From assembly GCA_010405405.1 (NCBI GenBank), contig MU004230.1:34627-98626 (forward strand): a DNA stretch of 64,000 nucleotides, in the 5' to 3' direction. The notes beneath the pieces were generated by a model. The model was not told where the DNA came from, made no database searches, and was given only the letters and a program-made list of their open reading frames with translations. The position numbers and the translations under genes are program-made. Positions 62,068-64,000 of this stretch are shown here, in pieces. Origin of the DNA: Microthyrium microscopicum (Eukaryota). How positions within the stretch are numbered: the stretch's first letter is position 1; every line of letters begins with the position of its first letter.

Positions 62068-62898
62068 ATGGCCACCTCGAATAAGCGAAAGCGATCTAGC
62101 AAGACCGAAGAAAATGCGACTACTAGCCCGACCACAATACCTGTCCGCAGTCGCAAAATAAAATTCGGAAGCGAGTCACCTGAACCACAAGACACAGATG
62201 CCAAAAAAGAGCCTACAACAGCTCTCCCAGTACACAGCCGGTCAGCAGAACAAGAAGAAGATCCATCCGACGATGATGATGCTCCGGAAGCGATCTCCCT
62301 AGCCACAGGACAGGCTCAAGCGCGAGAGCTTGACGCTGGTGCTGCAAAAGCGACCAAGCAGGCAAAGGAAGATGCCAAGCGGAAGAGAAGGAAGCGGGAC
62401 GAACAACTGAAGGAACAGTCGAAGAAACGGAAGCCTGCGAAGGTCGCCAAAGAACAAGACGAGGATAGTGAGTCAGACAAAGAAGAGGAGGAAGGTTCTG
62501 ATGCGACCAGTGATGGAGAACTTAATGCGAGATATCTACCCGCGGAGTTGCTCGATGCCATACCGGATGTGAGACCGCCAACTCCCGAGCTGGACGAGAA
62601 ACGACCGACCAAACGATCAAAGAAGAGCAAGCTGTTTTCATACAATAAGAAAGGGATTATCAAATTTGCTTCTGAGGCAGAGCCAAAGGACCTGAAAGTC
62701 GGTTCAATCAGCGTGAGCGTACTGAAGAAACAAAATGCGCTGCTACCACCAAACTCGGGGTCAAATACTGCACACATCAAGCAGACTTGGCTCAAAGGCA
62801 GAGCCACTCTCCCGGTTAGCCAGAAGCAAGCGAAGATTAGGAAAATCAAGTCGGGTAGAACTGTGCGCAGACCATTTGGGCGGGCAGCATTTACTTGA
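62068..62898 (+). CDS. U3 snoRNA-associated nucleolar protein (Utp16/Bud21-like)
   Basis: KIKF.SE, DDDDAPEAISL, KRRKRDEQLKEQ, YLPAELL; K/E-rich low complexity. Confidence 0.6.
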   Translation: MATSNKRKRSSKTEENATTSPTTIPVRSRKIKFGSESPEPQDTDAKKEPTTALPVHSRSAEQEEDPSDDDDAPEAISLATGQAQARELDAGAAKATKQAKEDAKRKRRKRDEQLKEQSKKRKPAKVAKEQDEDSESDKEEEEGSDATSDGELNARYLPAELLDAIPDVRPPTPELDEKRPTKRSKKSKLFSYNKKGIIKFASEAEPKDLKVGSISVSVLKKQNALLPPNSGSNTAHIKQTWLKGRATLPVSQKQAKIRKIKSGRTVRRPFGRAAFT

Positions 62899-63277
62899 TT
62901 CGATTAAAAAGTAGAACATGTCAATGATACCCATTAAATAATGAGCGACCTTGATGAACTGCAATGTCATGCCAGAGCTAATATTGTACTATCAATTATT
63001 ATAGTACAAGAGGAATTTTTCCTCCTTAATGCTTTTGTCTAGAAATCAAAACGCCGAGACCATGCAAAGTTGAGCCTTCCAAACGCCTAGCAGTGATCCT
63101 AACTCCAGGAAAGAGAAATTTTGCACTGTCAAGAACTCTCCTGTGGTTGGAGTGTCAATTCTTCTTGGACGCTTGAGACCGCAATAATTCTTGAGACCGC
63201 AAGTAGGCTGCTTTGTGCACGGGACAAATCCCTTTCAAATGCTCGCCAGATGGACATATACAACTTCCGCGATCACT

Positions 63278-63902
63278 CTATGCCGCATTCTGGTTGACTG
63301 CCGTGAAGCCTGCACTATAGGACTCGGCAGGAGTGTCTTCCATTGGAACGTCCTCTTCAAGAGCATTTAGATCCTCCGTGCTGTTAACATAAGCCTCCTT
63401 CGGTGTCGTCGATTGTTGACCAGCAGCTATAAACCCCATTAGCAAAACCATCCCACATTTACCAATCGCACCAAAACCTACCAAGACCACTAGCAGCCGG
63501 GCTAGTCATCAACGCACTCGGCCCATCCGTCGGCGGCGTGCCCCCCTTCGTCTTGCGCTTCAAGCGCGTCGGCTTCTCCTGCGGCTGTTGCAAGTCGTCA
63601 GCACCACCTTGACTACCACCACCAGGCAATCCGCGTTGGGGCGTGGAGCGTACCGTAGGCGGCGGACTATCACTCTTGTCTGAGAGGGCAGATTTGCCTG
63701 CGACGCCGCGCTTGACCATGTCGATGAGGAGGGCGCGCTCGAGGCGCAGTTTTTGCACGTCGCGATTCACGCGCTCGAGGTTGGAGCGGCGCTTGTCGTT
63801 GTTGTGCTCGATTTCGTCGATGCGGCGCTTTATTTCGATGGATTTCTTGTAGTAGGCGCCTTCGATGGAGGGGGGGAGGTTGGAGTTGGAGACGCCGCGC
63901 AT
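63278..63902 (-). CDS. INO80 subunit F / Nhp10 N-terminal-like coiled-coil protein with no visible HMG box
   Basis: LPPSIEGAYYKKSIEIKRRIDEIE..ND...KLRLERALL, SDSPPPT|PQEKP; introns 63585-63653 and 63427-63481 join to the GFTAVN-ending exon. Confidence 0.7.
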
Positions 63903-64000
63903 TACGCGCTCTGGGAGATGTTAGTGGTGAGCGGAGTTGGAGGAAGCGAGTACAGTAGTACCATTGTCTTTGGTTTGAGGCATCGTGATGAACGGAGTTA

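Noticed and set aside
63171..63202. Direct repeat cttgagaccgcaa twice
   Set aside because: Only two 13-bp copies in a 3' intergenic region; not an array or CRISPR-like structure.

Overview
This is a window from a filamentous ascomycete genome, with short GT-AG introns and CTAAC-type branch sites. Bases 1 to ~10,020 are an AT-rich block mutated by repeat-induced point mutation (RIP). It holds a complete 8.8-kb chromodomain Ty3/Gypsy LTR retrotransposon (268-bp LTRs, 5-bp TSD CTTAA) with ~3.2 kb of extra sequence, inserted into older degraded repeat DNA. The rest is gene-dense, with about 26 genes. The main candidate for a new system is a HET-domain gene lying head-to-head with a tandem array of five intact, diverged, intronless paralogs that have an F-box/2EXR-like N-terminus. 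A sixth decayed copy and a 74-bp-arm inverted repeat flank the array. Other highlights are an intact solo Copia-type gag ORF among housekeeping genes, an ERG4 sterol reductase with two N-terminal AT-hooks, and a divergent UBP3/USP10 - MAG2/RNF10 gene pair. All family calls come from reading motifs by eye; no database searches were run.
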